NCBI GenBank assembly: GCA_963758695.1
Contig: CAVWWM010000006.1
Location: 77,167-141,166, forward strand
Length of the DNA stretch: 64,000 bases
Direction of reading: 5' to 3'
Source: an uncultured Actinomycetes bacterium
Lineage (GTDB): Bacteria; Actinomycetota; Acidimicrobiia; Spongiisociales; DATADW01
Both the position numbers and the translations under genes were made by a program. This document shows positions 62,847-64,000 of this stretch, piece after piece. The notes under the pieces are model-generated. The model was given only the letters and a program-made list of their open reading frames with translations, was not told the origin of the DNA and did no database searches. Within the stretch, counting starts at the first letter, position 1, and each line of letters opens with the position of its first letter.

Positions 62847-63551
62847 CCGAGTTAAACCCCCACGAGCGATACATCGGTGCAGGTCAGAGTGGGGGAGCGG
62901 CCGTGGGGGTTCAACTCAGCGGTGATCCGGATCGAGGACGTCATCGGCGGTTTTGGCAACATTGCTGGCTTGGATCGCTGAGACGACTGCCCGGTCAGAC
63001 GGCCACCGGTCGCTGACTTTCAAACAACCGTCGGCTTCCGGAGAATCACTCCAGCGTCGACCAGCCGCTGATAGACCTGGTCGACCCAAACTTGGCGTAT
63101 CCTCGAATTGCTGGCCGACCATCAACCACCCCGAGATCGCTCGACATCTTTAGACCAGCCCCAAGACCATTCGCAACCGCCTCCACCATCTTCACCAGTT
63201 CCTGGTACGGGACCGCACCGAAGCGATCATCCGCGCCCGAGCAGCCGGAATGGGACTGAACAGAGAGTGAGCCAAGTCGACGAGGGCAAGCCGAGAGCGA
63301 GAGAGGCTGAGATGCAATCGACCCCACATGGACCCAGCCTTGTCGGCAGCGTATCGTTTTGCTTTGTGCTGGCTGCCGGTCTCGCCATCGTCGGCCGCGC
63401 TGTTCGTGGTGCAGGCGGTGGGGGAGTACGGGGCGAGCGAGGGCCCGGGCACAGTGGCCGGGCAGATCCTCCCCCTTGGCCATTGCCGGGTTGGTGCTCG
63501 CAGCTTTGCTCGCCTGGCTGGGAACCCGCCTACTCAGAAAGGCCCGGTAAG

Positions 63552-63583
<32 letters not shown>

Positions 63584-63767
63584 GGCCTTACGGCAAGAAC
63601 AAACAATCCTCGCCGCGGCGCGCACCGATGAGGGAACCTGAAGTGCTGTCGGACGAGCCGGAGACGCCGCACCCACACATCTGACCCGGAGCGAGGCGTA
63701 GGCTTCTACCAGGAGCGAGATGCGGCCCGTCGTGCCGGAGGCAACGGAGCCAGCGAGGGGAGGGACC

Positions 63768-64000
63768 ATGCGTAGGACCACCGCGTTCCTCGCCGTAGCG
63801 CTGCTATTGGCGATCGCCGCTCCGCTGCCCGCCGTAGAGGCGGCCCCCCGCCCGTCGAGGCTGCGCTGGCATGCATGCCACTCCGACGTCGCGCCCAGCC
63901 TGGAGTGCGCCACGTTCCGGGTACCGCTTGACTACGACCGCCCCCGTGGGCCGAAGATCAACCTGGCGCTGATCCGGATCCCCGCCGGCGATCCCGAGCG
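63768..64000 (+). CDS. Secreted alpha/beta hydrolase (tripeptidyl-aminopeptidase / S33-like), N-terminal part; continues beyond window
   Basis: gaggggaggg sits 4 nt upstream of ATG 63768. Signal peptide MRRTTAFLAVALLLAIAAPLPAVEAAP, then LRWHACHSDVAPSLECATFRVPLDYDRPRGPKINLALIRIPAGDP, typical of Streptomyces TAP-family hydrolases. Confidence 0.6.
   Translation, partial: MRRTTAFLAVALLLAIAAPLPAVEAAPRPSRLRWHACHSDVAPSLECATFRVPLDYDRPRGPKINLALIRIPAGDPE

Noticed and set aside
62890-63270. Degraded sigma-70 region-4 / HTH regulator or integrase remnant on the minus strand (fragments LGVVDGRPA..., NSRIRQVWVDQVYQRLVDAG)
   Set aside because: The candidate motifs overlap the same nucleotides in different frames and are too short. 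They cannot be supported without a database search.

Overview
This 64-kb window is from a high-GC (~68%) actinobacterial chromosome with Mycobacterium-like gene order: ileS / dksA-like / lspA / rluD; two tandem pfk genes; rhomboid; dnaE1; HAD hydrolase plus two ArsA-like ATPases; adenylate cyclase; two tandem ThyX-family genes; EamA; nth; MATE/MFS/CcdA transporters; the trp operon (trpE, ygfZ-like, trpC, trpF, trpB, trpA); tRNA-Leu(CAA); polA; rpsA; a complete Tad/Flp pilus locus with a two-component system; coaE; uvrB; a GT2 glycosyltransferase; uvrA; a membrane spermidine-synthase-like protein; a methyltransferase; vapBC; uvrC; rapZ; yvcK running directly into pgk; tpiA; a lower-GC insert; gpmA; secG; an ABC substrate-binding protein; tRNA-Leu(GAG); and the start of an alpha/beta hydrolase. 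The main unusual signals are: (i) many reading-frame disruptions concentrated in the first ~28 kb, affecting even essential genes, which I cannot tell apart from assembly indels using sequence alone; (ii) a recurring family of intergenic tandem hepta/octamer repeats (GACGGCA / GACGGAAG); (iii) a 15-nt x4 tandem repeat inside dnaE1 exactly at its frame break; (iv) two tandem ThyX-like genes, one lacking the RHR motif and carrying a TAG at a conserved Trp codon; (v) yvcK reading directly into pgk with whiA and gap absent from their conserved position; (vi) a shared RecA-NDp-like promoter motif upstream of uvrA and uvrB; (vii) a Tad locus with a vWA-TadB fusion and a perfect palindrome next to flp; (viii) an RpsA with a long repetitive acidic N-terminal extension; and (ix) a tRNA-Leu-adjacent non-coding region containing an A27 homopolymer. 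All coordinates are derived by hand from the sequence; no database searches were run.
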